DNA of 63,152 bases, the filler included. It is 7 parts of 7 records of this genome, joined end to end, with 100 filler letters (N's around TTAATTAATTAA, not from the genome) between each part and the next. Parts side by side here need not be neighbours in the genome. Positions count along the whole stretch, not along the records: positions 20,618 to 28,439 come from DRR378314_910; positions 28,540 to 39,405 come from DRR378314_911; 5 more parts are not named here. One strand, 5' to 3'. The position numbers and the translations under genes were made by a program. Each line of letters starts with the position of its first letter. The stretch's first letter is position 1. Of the stretch, positions 25,101-38,131 are shown piece by piece. A model generated the notes under the pieces. It ran no database searches and was not told the origin of the DNA. It saw only the letters and a program-made list of their open reading frames with translations.

Positions 25101-27747
25101 GGAGGCTACCGCCGTCCATCTGGCGCCTTCTTGACTGCGATCGACTAAGAGAAGGGGATCCCAGTGGCTGCGGATCTTCCGAGGGGAAAGTGACCTCGAA
25201 AGGGAAGCGGACTGAAGGTGTGTTCATGCCGAGGCCGAGCTGACCATCGACGTTTTCGCCCCACGTATACAGCCGACCATCCTCCGAAACTGCAGCAGTG
25301 AAATTCAGTCCACACGAAACCTGTTGCAAGCATCCATGCACACGCAACAGGCAGAGATTCAATACACCTCGTTTGAGCAGACGCGTGGTCTGCGCTGGCA
25401 CGAAGCGCGTCGCCAACTCCCCCCTCCCCCAGCTTCAAAAGCACCGCGTGGCAGCATGTCCGGAGCCATTCCGGGCGGGCTCAGAGCGACAGAGGACTCC
25501 GAGACCCCGTCACTGCCCTATGCAAACACAACCATGGCAGCAGAATCCAGCCCTGCACCACACGAATAGCATACCTGTGAGAAGCGTGTATCGTTGATAG
25601 CTAGGGGCGTTAAAGTGTCCAGCTGGACGCGAAATGTTCCCAGGTGCTGGTGTCCAAGCTGTCCGTACCTGCATGCATACACATTACACGCGGCGATACA
25701 AGAAAACGGCGTATAAGCAAGCAACCCGGGGGCCGTTAGTTCCTGAGAAACGCTTGTGCCCGACTTTCGCACATTTCCAACCCTCGGCCCACCGTACTAC
25801 GGGCAACGAAGCAGAGAGGTTCATGCACAGTCCTGCGCTAGCGCCCGCCTGAAAGTCGTTCGCGGGTAATACACGCGCAGCGCTCTACTGCAAGTGATTG
25901 AAAACGCGCAATGCTGTAAATACCACACTCGAGGGGACACTCAGGAACACCAGTGCGTACGCAGTGTCGTCCGTGAGAGGCATGTAGAGAATGTTAGTTC
26001 TACAAAGTGACGGCGCATCGCATGTGCGACACTCTCTTGGTAAACATATATACGAAAGAATAGACATTCTGTCACCACGTTCGCTGCCAAATACAACTGC
26101 AAGCGAACATAGGACGATCCACGACAAAGCAAAAAGCAATTCCCTCGGTTGATCTCCGTCGAGAGACGGAACGCAACTTGTTCGACCCGCACGTTGCTAT
26201 TGCGCCATCTTCTGTAACGACGACAGAGTGCTCATTGCCGGCCGCAAATGACCGGCCGGCTGGGAAAGCAAGCTCGAGCTCATGGAGGATATCCTGGAGA
26301 AAACAAGGGCACAGCGCGCGCGATGACGTGAGAGTTCTCCCGCCTGAACGGCACACCTCGCGCCGCCCACCCCCTCCCCAAACGGGGTATCATCTCTCTT
26401 CACCTCACATGCTGCAAAATCTCACCACCATTGTACGACAACAAACTGCCATGTACGTTCGCACATTAACTCAGAGAAACGGGCCAAGTAGGATAGCGGT
26501 CGCCGCGCAGTCGTGCACAGAGCTGCTGCGCATAGTTGCCGCCTCTTCTATTGCGTACCAGCCAAGTCACGCGCGTTCCTCGCCTCACTGTACGGCGACC
26601 CGGCAACAAACGCATTCGTTCACACATGCGATTTTTTGAGAGATAAGAACAGTATTTATCATTAAACACGAAGATTCAGGCGAAATAAAACGGAAGATCG
26701 AGTCCCAGCAAGGGAAAGAGAGTCCGCGCACAAGGTGGAAACGGCGCAGCACGTTCAGTCTGCGCCAACCGTGGAGCAACGCTCCAAAGTGCGACCTGCG
26801 TCACACGCACGACAGTCTCGCAACCGAGCACCCATTCGCGGCACATATCGTACCTTTTTGCGGAAAAACACCGTCAAAAGAGTCCAAGGGATACCCTTGA
26901 CTATCAATGAAAGCTGAAGAATCGATTCGGGTTGCTGGTAGTACCAAATTGAGGGATCGTGTAAAGGACACTCGTCAGCAGCGCAGTCGACGCCGCGTCC
27001 ACAAAGCGCGGGAAGGCTTTCACACACACAGCGGCTCTCCCAGGTGCGCACACAGGGCGCCGTGTCGTCGTGCGCAGTTCGCGCCACACAAAAGGCGCCA
27101 ACCAAGTTCGGGACGCGTCGCGCGCAAATCCAGGCAACTCAAGAAAGTGTGCGAACTTCGTCTCGCAAAGAGACTGGGAAGAGCCCGGAGCAGCTTGTGC
27201 GAACAAATTTCCAACTGTGAACGACTGGGACGTGCTGCGCGAGCCAGCTGAAACAGCAGCGGCAGCAAAGAAGGCGCACAACACACTGGCGATGCACGCT
27301 CGCTCTGACACTTGTGCGGTATTTTCCGCACGAAAAAGCGCGCTCGTCACGGTGCCTCTCTCTTCTTTTGCGAAAAAGGTAGAATATGAAGACGCGTTTC
27401 CACTGCGGTCTTGCAAATCCTTATTCTGTGCGTGGCATCGAGGCTTTGCAGCATTTGCGTGGATTGATGCGGAATCAACCGCATAGAGCCGCAGCTGGCG
27501 TGTCGCGCTGTAAGCGTGTGGCAAGCTCCAAAACCGGAGTGCCCGCCTCACCTTGCGCTCGCGTTGCGAAACAAGCCAGAGAACGCCGCCTAGCGGCTTC
27601 TTCAGCGGGGGAGAGACCCGCCAGCTGCGGTGATCCCGTTGCCAAACGCTTGCAAGCGCGTCGAACCGAGACAAGATCGTATGAATCGAGGCAACGGGAG
27701 CGCAGAATCCGAACGAGAATCTCCGCTGGTAGCTCTGTGAAATCCAT
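22148..27747 (-). CDS. F-box plus RCC1-repeat protein, multi-exon (some internal exons unresolved)
   Basis: The first exon MDFTELPAEILVRIL...LDSYDLVSVRRACKRL is F-box-like. RCC1 blades include AAGNEHSVVVTEDG, VSCGLNFTAAVSEDGRLYTWGENVDGQLG, VACGARHV...DGRLGHGD, CGAHHTAIVTRSGKLFTFG and FGSGRFGQLG. The last exon ends GKCVQGQLG...APC* at 22148. Joining the F-box to the RCC1 exons is an inference. Confidence 0.75.
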
Positions 27748-28439
27748 CGCCCAGCACCTGCGGCGCAGCTTGCGCCCTGCTTCGTTGCTGAAGTTGCACA
27801 GCACCCGGCACGCTCAATTCTGCAGGGCAGATCGGTTCGATCAATCATTTTATAAGAATAATGGAGACCCTCAATCTCAGCACATACTGGTAGTAGTGCA
27901 TACATTCCCGAATTGCAGCGATGGGAACGTTCCAGTGTAGCGGTAACGCTCTCGTGTACAGCGAGCGACGGAGCGTGCGGCGCCGCAAGTGCGCGCGCGT
28001 GGCGATACAGCGTCTTTCGTCGCGCTGCGGCCTGTGCACGTGGCGGATCACTCCAACGTCTCTCTCGCCTTGCATAGTGCCCTGTCATTATGCGCGAGAT
28101 AGGAATATTTCACGTGGTACCGCAACGAACATGCCAGTCAGAAAAGAGCGGCGACCGCTCAGCTCGTCTTTTGGTGATGCAGGAATAGCGCATATGCTCG
28201 GGTGGAGAGTGCGGCGGTGTTTCGACTGGCGAGCGCTTGTGTAGTTTACCAAATAACACCAGATCAAGTGAATATTGAAATAGCACATATGTGGGCTATC
28301 TTCTCGTTGGACGCACGGAAGACGAGGGCATCCGGTGGTGCTTGTTCAAATTGCGCCCGGAAACACCTTAGCTCCAAGAGATGCCCTAGTCATGCGATTT
28401 TGATCACTTGGTTCGCGCCGAGTCGCTGGGCGGTATTGT

Positions 28440-28539
28440 NNNNNNNNNNNNNNNNNNNNNNNNNNNNNNNNNNNNNNNNNNNNTTAATTAATTAANNNNN
28501 NNNNNNNNNNNNNNNNNNNNNNNNNNNNNNNNNNNNNNN
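28440..28539. other. Artificial contig linker
   Basis: Same 100-nt pattern. Confidence 0.99.
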
Positions 28540-28649
28540 TCCTCGTCGCGGAAGCGTATGCATGCTAAATGTTTCCACTCACCCAAGTCACGAGGACTAC
28601 TATGGCCTAGCCCCCTTTCGGAGGGCAAACCACCACCCTTTCGACGTAC

Positions 28650-29251
28650 ATTGGTGACGAATTGGATTGCACTCGCTGTTGTACAAATCACGTAGTTTTC
28701 CCCGAATATCATTTCTGCGTCAAGAAGTACAAGTACATCGTTCGCGTCGCTTGCCTGCGTGGTGGAGGAGAAGGTGAAAAACGAAGTCCGGCGTGATCCA
28801 TTCTCTCCCACCTGCGCGCAAGTGACTCCGCACACGAAGCGTCCAGCAGCTGATCCTATTGAAAGAAACCGTTCCATGATTTCCAAATGGTAACCTAATA
28901 TGACTGCACGTCCGCCCTCTACTGTTAAACAAGCACATTCACCGATTCGACAACACTTTGAAGAGCATCGGCTGTCCGTCCAGCGTGTGCAATTACCTCT
29001 ATGACACTGCGATGGTCTGCCCAGTCTGAAATGACGCCGCGGAACTGAATGTCGTCTAGAATTGCTTGTTTCGCAACCGATTTCAGCGGATGTGAGGGAT
29101 TGATACCGTCGCCGTTGGCAATGTCAAACATTTTCTGTGTTGTCGCGCTAAGAAAAACAGGGCGCGCTCCGTCGGGGAGTTCGAGCTTCTGCAAAGGAAT
29201 CGGGTAGTCATCTTCAAGCGGCAGCTTGGTGTGCGAACCGTTCTCGTATTC
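28650..29251 (-). CDS. N-terminal exons of an axonemal dynein intermediate chain (WDR63/DNAI3/IC140-like), truncated
   Basis: Phase-0 exons 29251-28997 and 28754-28650 give PVFLSATTQKMF...PLKSVAKQAILDDIQFRGVISDW...VLVLLDAEMIFGENYVICTT. This resembles the WDR63 N-terminus as I recall it (PLVLTTKTQEIF...EDIFEDLRNRAAVSDF...LLLVYDKDFKYGLNFY). Confidence 0.7.
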
Positions 29252-32200
29252 CTGCGGTTGGCAACACCGGTGTTCGGCAAGACTCAACGTCACTGTAGTT
29301 CTTTTTGTGCACCATAGAGATTGACGCAATACTCATGAAGCAAACAAAAGCTCGTAAAATCTGGCTCTACAGGTGGCATTGCTAAGAACTCTGGATTTCC
29401 TCTATGCACTTCCGGATGCGCGCCGCTTCAGGCTCGCCACAAGGCTGTGTGCTGCGCGGCGCTTCGCCCGAAAGCAACTGCCTGGACAACTGCAGCACGG
29501 GATCTTCCCACGCAATGCCCTCCTTGCACGACAAAAAAGCATCCCCTTTGCATACAATGATGTGCGTAAGTAAGAGTGTAAAGACACTTCAACTGCCGCA
29601 GCGCTGCCAGTGCTCATCGTTTGCTGGCTAAGAACTAATCTCCTACGAATAGCGGACTCTCTCAACAACAGCGGCAGTCGTGGAATTGGCCAAAGTCGCA
29701 AGAGACCTTGGCAGAGCTACGTATGTTTACCCCAAACTTTAGCGCTTTCCTGCAACAGGAGGTACAAAAATCCTGACTTTCGAGAACAATTATCCGCTTT
29801 TATAAAATGGGAATCATCAAACGTGAGGCTCGGCAGAGGCCTCAGGTGGAGAGCGCTTGGATTTTACAGTTTTCGAAGATCCAAGCGAGAACTACAGCAA
29901 CTGACGCCCGCTCGCGGAGGGCGGAGACCTGCGGCTTGACATTACCTCCGTCGCAAATTGGTAATGCCAACCAAAAACGCCACTCTTCTCAATGAACAGC
30001 GATCAAACCTTTGATAATAATAAAACACATTTTGGATTTTCCGGAACAAGAGAGTTCACAAGTGTCAAGGCGTTGCACGGGGAAGCGCACGAGCAGGAAT
30101 GGAAAGGGGCCGGAAAAGGCGTCGTACGTCGGTTTCCTCCGCAGGTACTTTCGCAAGCACTGGATCGTCTGACTCGGCCATTTGCACGCTCTGTACCAGA
30201 GAGCACAAGTTCTATTCGTGTAACAAAGTGGCGTGCTTTCGATCTTTCTCCGTTCCTCGCCACTTCAAATCTACGCGCGTGCAATGCCCGACCACGCGTC
30301 GACAAACGGTGAAAGGGGTATCCGAGTTCGTTTTGTTAAACGCAAGACTCGTCCGAAATAGCGGCTCCAGAGAAAGACTCTGCCACAAAGCAGCGGTGGA
30401 GCTGTGCGACAAGCCTCTTGTGCAAACCGGAAAGCATTCCTGCTATTCGATTTCGCGACCTTAGTAGATGTCCATAGTATTCTCAGCTGCTGACGTCTCG
30501 TCGATAGATCGGCAGGGGCGCCAGCAGTATTCCTCCCCCTAGCCTAGCAAGAGCGTCGATAACCCACGTCACAGCTGCGTCGGGCAGCTCTTCGTTCCCA
30601 CCCCAAGCACATGGAAAGGCGCTCAAGAGAATTTCCGTAGCGTTTTCCCCTGTGTGTCATGAGAAGTATATTCCCGTACATGAGGCTCGGTTGGTCGCAT
30701 CCGTGAGGGACGCAGTGGAGGGAGCGTGGCGTTCGCGAATGGAGAAGGGACTGCACCTCCTTGTTCTTGTTCAGCAGGCGAAACTCGCTTCGAACACGTG
30801 GGGCTATTGTGCCGAGAAACAAAAAGTCACATCTTTGCAGCGCTACGATGGTGAAACGAAGAGTAGGGGTCGTAATTCGTATCCTGCAAATCGAAATATA
30901 GCACTATGCTAGCACTAGTGCTACAGGACCGACCTACCATTGTGCTTGCGATCCGTCCTGTTGTGGTGTCGGGCGAGGGTGCAGCACCATGTCAACTCTG
31001 AGCAACTAGGCCTCCCTCCCTGCTGTGACGGAGAAACTAAGTTGCACGAGCGAAGCCGCCGAACATGGAGAGCTCCAGATCGTGCGTCGTCACGTTCTAG
31101 CTTTTGCCATTCTGAGTACGAATCTGAGCGAGAAAACAGAGCTTGCACGCGCGGTAAAATTGAAGGCGTGCGGGAACCCCCCGCTCTGCCACCCCCCAAC
31201 AACAAAAACGCGGCGAGCAAGGCTTGAGCGAGACGGACGGAGCAATCGTGTTCGCGGCGAGAGGGCTCCCCTCCCCGAACATCCATTTTCTGTCGAGCCG
31301 CAACACGGCTATCAGAGTGTATTTGAGCTGTTGCGATTTTTGAATAGGGATTCCATCGATCATTTGACAAAAAAAATCGTAATCTTACGCTCCGCTGGCG
31401 GACTCGGCACTCTTGCAAGCTGCTGCTACTGGATCACGGGAGAGCTTCCAACTCTCTGGAGAAATAGAAACAACGGACGTGGAAATGAACGCACACGTCT
31501 GTTAGAAAGTCGAAGACGGGCACTCTTTTTACGGAGCAGTTTCGCGCAACTATCGAAACGCGTATCATTACATGCAGCTCATTTGTCCGCCACATGGGGA
31601 AACAGTGCAATTAGTTTGGATTGTCTTTTGTTAGCTCGTGGATAGCGGAGGGCGCTAGGACTTAGTCTTCCCAGGTTCAGGACTCCCCGCCACGGGTACG
31701 TACGCAAGGTTGCGGGCACAAGGATTACATACGATGACGACTGCGCGCGCTTCCAACGCAACGATTTTCTCGTTAAGTCTTGCGCATCAGCACTATAGAC
31801 TATCGAGTGGCCTCCGTGCAAACGTCGATTCTCGAGAACAGCTACCAAATTAAACATGTAGGTATACATACCGTAGCCTTGCGATCATCTTGGATGATGA
31901 TGTCTCTTGGACTTCGCCGCTCAGGATTATCTCGTCCAAAAGCATGTACACCTGTTACGCGGTTGAACGGGAGAAAGCATCCGTCGTTAACAATATCTCT
32001 TTCGCTTGAATAGTTCATCTGTGAAAAAAGTAAACTAAGGTATGCGGAGAAGGGATTGGGGGCCACGTGCCATTGGAAGCCGAAGTGCAGAATCATTGGG
32101 CACGAGCATCCACGTCGCTGGAGGAGAAAACCTGTGACGACAGCCAGGGACGTACTTTATGAAAATTGAACACCAGGTCGACTTCGCAGACGCTTCCAAA

Positions 32201-35200
32201 AAATGCATCCAGGGTTTCAACGAAGAGATGAATCAGCTACATGTTAAGGGGAGAAGTCCATACAGTTTGCATAACGAGCAAGATCAGAGTAACACTTTCC
32301 TGGAGGAAAGAATGAATTACAAAATAAGAAGGAGCGCTGCATAAGCGCCGCATTCGCGTACTCCAAGGCGTCGTATACTAATCACTCTTTGCGACAAGCA
32401 TTCTGCTTCTACATACCTCGAGGTAAGCAAGGTCATTATCAGTCGTATCGATGCACAGCGTGAAATACAAGCTTGCATAGCGCCTGTAGACAATCTTGTA
32501 GTTTCGCCACTGCATGGAGAGGGGTCATGCAGGGGTTCGGCAAAGGGAGAGAATTGTACCTCGGCACCTCGGCAGAACACTGAGCAGTCTTGCACCCCCT
32601 CTTCGTTCGCAGCCTGTGATCGAAGCCTTGCGATGCGACGGCTGGCCACGAACACAAACATCTTTCTTCACAAACCAGATCATAGCGATTTTCACCTGCT
32701 GTCGCGATGAAAAAAGGTGGGAAACAAGATGGTGAGTGCAGTTACGCACCTCGACAACACTCGTGTGGCGACTGTCGCGCAGAGCAAGAAGACTGCAGTA
32801 GTTGTGCATGTAGCAGGCGAACACGAGCATTCTATTGTGAGACAAGCTGGTACATAGGTGCGCCATTACAGAGCATTGCATGGGCGTCGGTTCTGCACGG
32901 ACGGCGCCTTCATTCTACCCAAAAGAATAAAGACAGACAAACAAAACAGAGTGCTTTTCCACATACAGCACAGCCAATAGCCAACCACTGCACACCGTAG
33001 AGATAGTACAAGGAACACAGGCTACCGTACTCGCGTTCCGAAGAAGCAAGTACTTCGGCGGTCCAAATTGAAATAGGGATCCAACTCATTCTCCGCTGCA
33101 CACAAGGGCTTGATTTCAAGGTGCCGAGACATGCTTGTGCCTTGCAAACTGTGCCAACACTGCTCTGCTTTGGACATTGTGGCTTCTTCCTTGAGGAAGC
33201 ACGCGAATGCCAATACTTTATCATTGGGTATTCAGGATTAGAACTTCTTCCTCCAAAATCATCCAAGCAACTGGAGCTCCTTCTGCTAAGCTACTTCATG
33301 ATGGCGCGGTGAATTCGTTCAAGTTGTAAGGACGCGGGCATGGCGCGCCACTGCAGTCGATGGCTGTGGCGAAGGAATGGTGCTGCTGCAGAGTGTTGCG
33401 TACCGTAGAATGTCCTGCTCAATTGCAGCCCGTTCTTCGGGTCCAACTTTAGTGTAGTAGCGTGAGAGGCGCGTTTTACCCTGGCGGTTCTGCAGCAGAA
33501 CAAATCGAATCTGTACCCACGATGCGAGGATTATAGTAGCAGCTGCTGTAAATCACCCGCTTCGCAACCATGCGGAGCTTTCCGCTCGAGGGGCGGAGTG
33601 GGCCAAAGCTTCCAGGGAAACTTTGAGTGAATACAGCCTGCAATAATAGACGCGCACGGTGATGCTCTAATTCCTGCTGCGAACGCTTCTGAAATCACAG
33701 CCACAACGTTCACATCGGCGGACACTTTTGCTATCTCGTCCCGTGCATGCGAGCTCGTTTATGTTGCAACTTTATTGTATTCGTGCCGAATTCACTGCGT
33801 ATCTTTGGATGGCAAACGGGACGAGTACATGCAGCTCTGTAAATCTAACACGTACTATCAGATTTCCCTTGGGCAACAGGAAGCTCATATGCGCCAGAGC
33901 AGCGCCCTCCGGAAGCTAGCGTTGCAGTCCAGAGTCGCCGCAGGTGCAGCTTCCGCTTGGGTATCTGATATGCTTCGTACCATGGCGCGTATCGAGAACG
34001 AATTCTTATGCACGTGTTCGTAATTCACAACCACTGAGTAGTTATTTAAAAATAGTTTACGTGTTGGCAAAAAAGAAAGATCGCAGGATGGTATTCTCAG
34101 TAAAACTGGTGCAGGAGGCGAGCAGCGGAGCCGTGCTTCCAACCTTTGCTATGAGCTATGCCTCGCGTACGCCCGCATGCATTCGGGACGAGGGATCGCG
34201 CTTCCCTCCAGTACCTCGAACCCGCTTCAGGAGATAGGGCTACGGGGAATCAACCGCATACGTCCGCGTTTTGCGTCTCGCAAACATGTACGAGACGAGG
34301 ACCAATGCCGCGAACAAAACAGCAGAAGCGATACGTATCACCGCTGCGCCTCCAGTTCCCGCCGCCGGGACTGCACGTGGCGATTATCGCAGAGAAGATG
34401 CCTCGCTATCGTGCACAAGAAATCGTCAGTATTTTCGTTACAAAAGCTGTATTATTTTTATTGGTTCAACGTGTAATACCTGACCGAATGTAGTGGGTTG
34501 ATGTGCGAGGCATACAGAACCTGCGACGCATAATTGTAGGAACTTCCAGCCCACGCGGGCTGCGGCCATGAAGGCAAGACGCAGGCACGCACTCCCCACC
34601 TTGCCGAGGCGGAGCGTCATTTTCGAACAAACAAAATTAACCACGAAGAACCGCTCGCGACGAAGAAAGCAAAGACAACACACTTCATCGATGCAGCCCA
34701 TTGCAGGCTCTCGGAAACAATCAACTGCAGCAGCCCTGCTCCCGTGTGCTTTGCAAACGGTGCAAGCTGTTTATGTGATTCGTACTTCGTGCGCGCAGGG
34801 TCACCAACAAGGTCTCAGGAAGTAGGGTTCCGCATTTGCTTGCGATCTGGAGGCCCTGCCGCACCGAACAACAGCGCGTCGCGGTGAGAGCCGCTGCTTG
34901 TACCGTGGCGCGTTGGACTGTGCAGGTTTTCCACGCAGGTAGCGTGCGAGGCGCAGATCGTCTCTTCCTGGCTCTTGGTTTTGAATCGCTTCCTCTACGT
35001 ACCTCTATTGACAGAGGTGAATATTTTTTATTGCGGGGAAGCGGTATATCTGTGCGACCACCTACCTCTGTTTTCGTTCTTGCTTGGTGCACGTTGCCGG
35101 TTCCGAGGAAGAGATAGCGGCGGTGTGCCGGAGGCGCGCGGTGCCTTTCTCGCACGCGTTCCTCGCGCAGGGCGTAGTTCCCGCTGCTAGGCCGCATATC

Positions 35201-35249
35201 CTCCCGAGATCCATCCTCGGCATCGTTGCTTCTTTGTCGGCGCCCTAAA

Positions 35250-37109
35250 ATGGAAAATACTGGATTCTACCGCTCCCTGATGGAGGAAATGATGGACTCC
35301 ATCCGCGTCGAGATCCTTGGAGAAGGGCTGAACGACACTGTGCTATTTCACCTGCACGAGGTCAGTGTAATCGGGTGCTTGGGGAAGTGCGTGCCTCGTG
35401 ACGCTCGCGCTGGATGCGTGTGCGCACTCTAGTGAGCACATACGTGTTGCGAGCCCTTTTCTAAAGAAGAAGAATGAGCATTGCTTTGTTGTATATACTA
35501 TTGTGTTACTCTTATACGAAGCGAATATTTTATTTGCTGTTCGCGCCTCCATGCAGAAATGGGAGGGAAAGCTCGTTGACGCTGGAATCTTGCGCGGAAG
35601 CGGCACGGAGGACGCCCCAACTCCGGAAGAAGCTTCAGCGGCCAAGGTACGGCGCTTGCAGCGACGTGAAGATTGCGCGCAAGAGAATGCCCACGGTAAT
35701 TTTCCGCACTTTTATTTCTTCCTTTCGTCGTGATCAGAAGGAAATTTGGTGTGCGTGCGGCAGTGATAGGTTTCCCGCTACACGTTGCGCTTAGCAGAAA
35801 GTGGGTGCATTCTGTTTGCTGCGTACGTGTACGCGTGGGTGGAGCGCCTGGCGTGGTTCGCCACTTGCTCCCGCACCTCATTTACGACGGATAATTTCTT
35901 GCCTCTTTCCCCCGCTCCAACGCGAACGCTCTACTTCACTGCTGATAATTCACATTTGTACAACATCGCGATGTGATCAATAGAAGGATGATTTGTTGGG
36001 CGAGAGTGCTGCTGCGTCGCCCCAGACACGGGGCACACTGTTCCTCGTGCTCGGTGAGCAAGTGCGGTGCTTCACCGATTGCGCGTTGCTAAGCGGAAGC
36101 CGCCGGAACGCTCAGAAATGTCGCCCGTGCCCTGTATCTTATGTTCGCACAGCGTCGACTTGAAGAGAATGAAGATTCACCACCTGCTAAACGAGCCAAA
36201 ACGCGGGAAGCAGAAGGAGAAGGGGAGCCTGAAGCTGCAGAGCTAGCCGAGGTGGGTCATGAGGTTTCGTTCTACGTTCAAGGCCGCTCCACCGCGAACC
36301 GCTGCCGAGGGCTGCCTACACGTGTTAGTGAGCTAATATAATGCCGTGTCATTCGTGAGTGAATGCCTCTTCTGACGCATAATTTACTATATGTACACAG
36401 AAAAGTGATTGTTCCGTATCGCAGTGGGCGAAAGCTACGCATTGATCGCGGGAATGGTAGAGCAAGCATCGCAACGTGTACACGTGCTGCGCACGCGAGA
36501 GGCGTGTAGTGTGCGCTAGCTCGCGCCGGAAGGCAAACCACCTGCGCCGCTGGTTGCCGTATGCTCGACAAGCGTCGCTGCCCCCTTTTCTTGACCTTGA
36601 GCTAAATAGATCTCGTGATCTGCCATATATTGCGCTGAAAGCAGGCAACTAAAGAGGGCGATCGGTCAAATACCGACGAGGAAAGCGCGCATGAGCGTGG
36701 CGGTGCACCCAGCGCTGGCGTTGGCGATTCCCACGCGCTGCAGCCGGGCAACGTCGCGAGCAGCGGGCAGACCAGTGGTTCCGCGGGCGTCGGAGAAAGC
36801 GCCGCCGCAGAGCAGTCGCTCTCTGTTGGGTCCACTGAAAATCCCTCTCGTAGGGACGATGGAGAAGGAAATGGCCAGTACGATGGGGCCGAGGACTCCG
36901 CTGGAGATGACGAGGACGATCTTCTTGGGTCCGATCTCGATGACAGCGAAAACGAGTCTGACGAAGGTGACGACAATATTCTTGTCACTCAGTACGAGAA
37001 AGTGTCGAGAGTGCGAAATGTGTGGAAATGCACTTTTCGATCAGCTATTTTGACTTTGGAGAACAAAGAATACGTGTTCAAGCGGCTGCAGAGCGAAATG
37101 AAGTGGTAG
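35250..37109 (+). CDS. GTF2A1: Transcription initiation factor IIA large (alpha/beta) subunit, 4 exons
   Basis: Exons 35250-35360, 35557-35646, 36153-36251 and 36645-37109. N-terminus FYRSLMEEMMDSIR...LHEKWEGKL, an acidic linker, and C-terminus NILVTQYEKVSRVRNVWKC...EYVFKRLQSEMKW*. Confidence 0.9.
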
Positions 37110-38131
37110 CATTCGCTTGCTTGCCGTCGGGATATCCGTTGTGCAGTACGGAGGGATCCTCGGTTCTTGCGGCTGCGATTTCGCGTTTGCTTGCGTCGGC
37201 ATGCCTCCATTGCCGGCGCTTGCCTCTGATGGCGTGGTTTGCTTTCATTCGACTGGGTAGGTTGCAAGGACAAGTTCGTTCCCACATTGAGTTTTGATGC
37301 AGTAATGCGCGCGATGGGCACAGAAATATACGATAAGACTGGTGTCCTGCATTGCTTGGGACACGGACAAGGGGAAGCGGGCCGCGGTGACACGGAGCCG
37401 CATGCTCGCACTCTCTTCGCCCTTGTCACTTCGCTGCTCTTTCATTGTGACGCTCGCAAAAGTGCCTACAGAAGAACAAGAAAATGGGCTCTGTAGCATA
37501 CCAGCACTCGGCGGCTTCATGAATCACCCTCGAAAGGGCGAATAGTCGAACTTCCTCTCGCCAGCAGAAAGATAGATTTCAAGGCCACGGATCAGTTGCC
37601 AACGCTTCCAGTTGTGCATCCGCGAATGATGCAACCAACATGCATTTTGCAGCGCCATAAGGCCTAAACCGGAAACGTTGCACAGCACGAGCCAGGCACA
37701 AGAATACTCACGGAAGAATGCCACACTGCTCCATCCATTATCATATGCATCTTCCCTTCATAACGAATCGCCCGGGTGTAGATGCACTATCGTGGCCTAT
37801 CCCCTTTTCATGAGAGAGCGAATGAGAGCTGTGCCGATCGCAGCTGTAACAGCCACTCCGGCGGCAGCACGTGGCGAAGCAAGAGTCTTCCATAGTTGTG
37901 CCTGGAAAATTTCGCGTTTGCGCGGCATGTCGAAGCAACATAAATGAGTACAAGAGCCAAAATGTATATCCGCTTGGATTTCAGATAATCCACGTGTGTA
38001 AGCGAGCATGGTTGATAAAGAGCAGCGAGTTAATTCACCTCTGAAGTCTGTGCGCGGAGCTGTTGAGCGAGATGTAGCGAGTGCGAGCACGGACGAGGCG
38101 CCACCCTGGTGCGGACCTGCAGAAACCCGAC

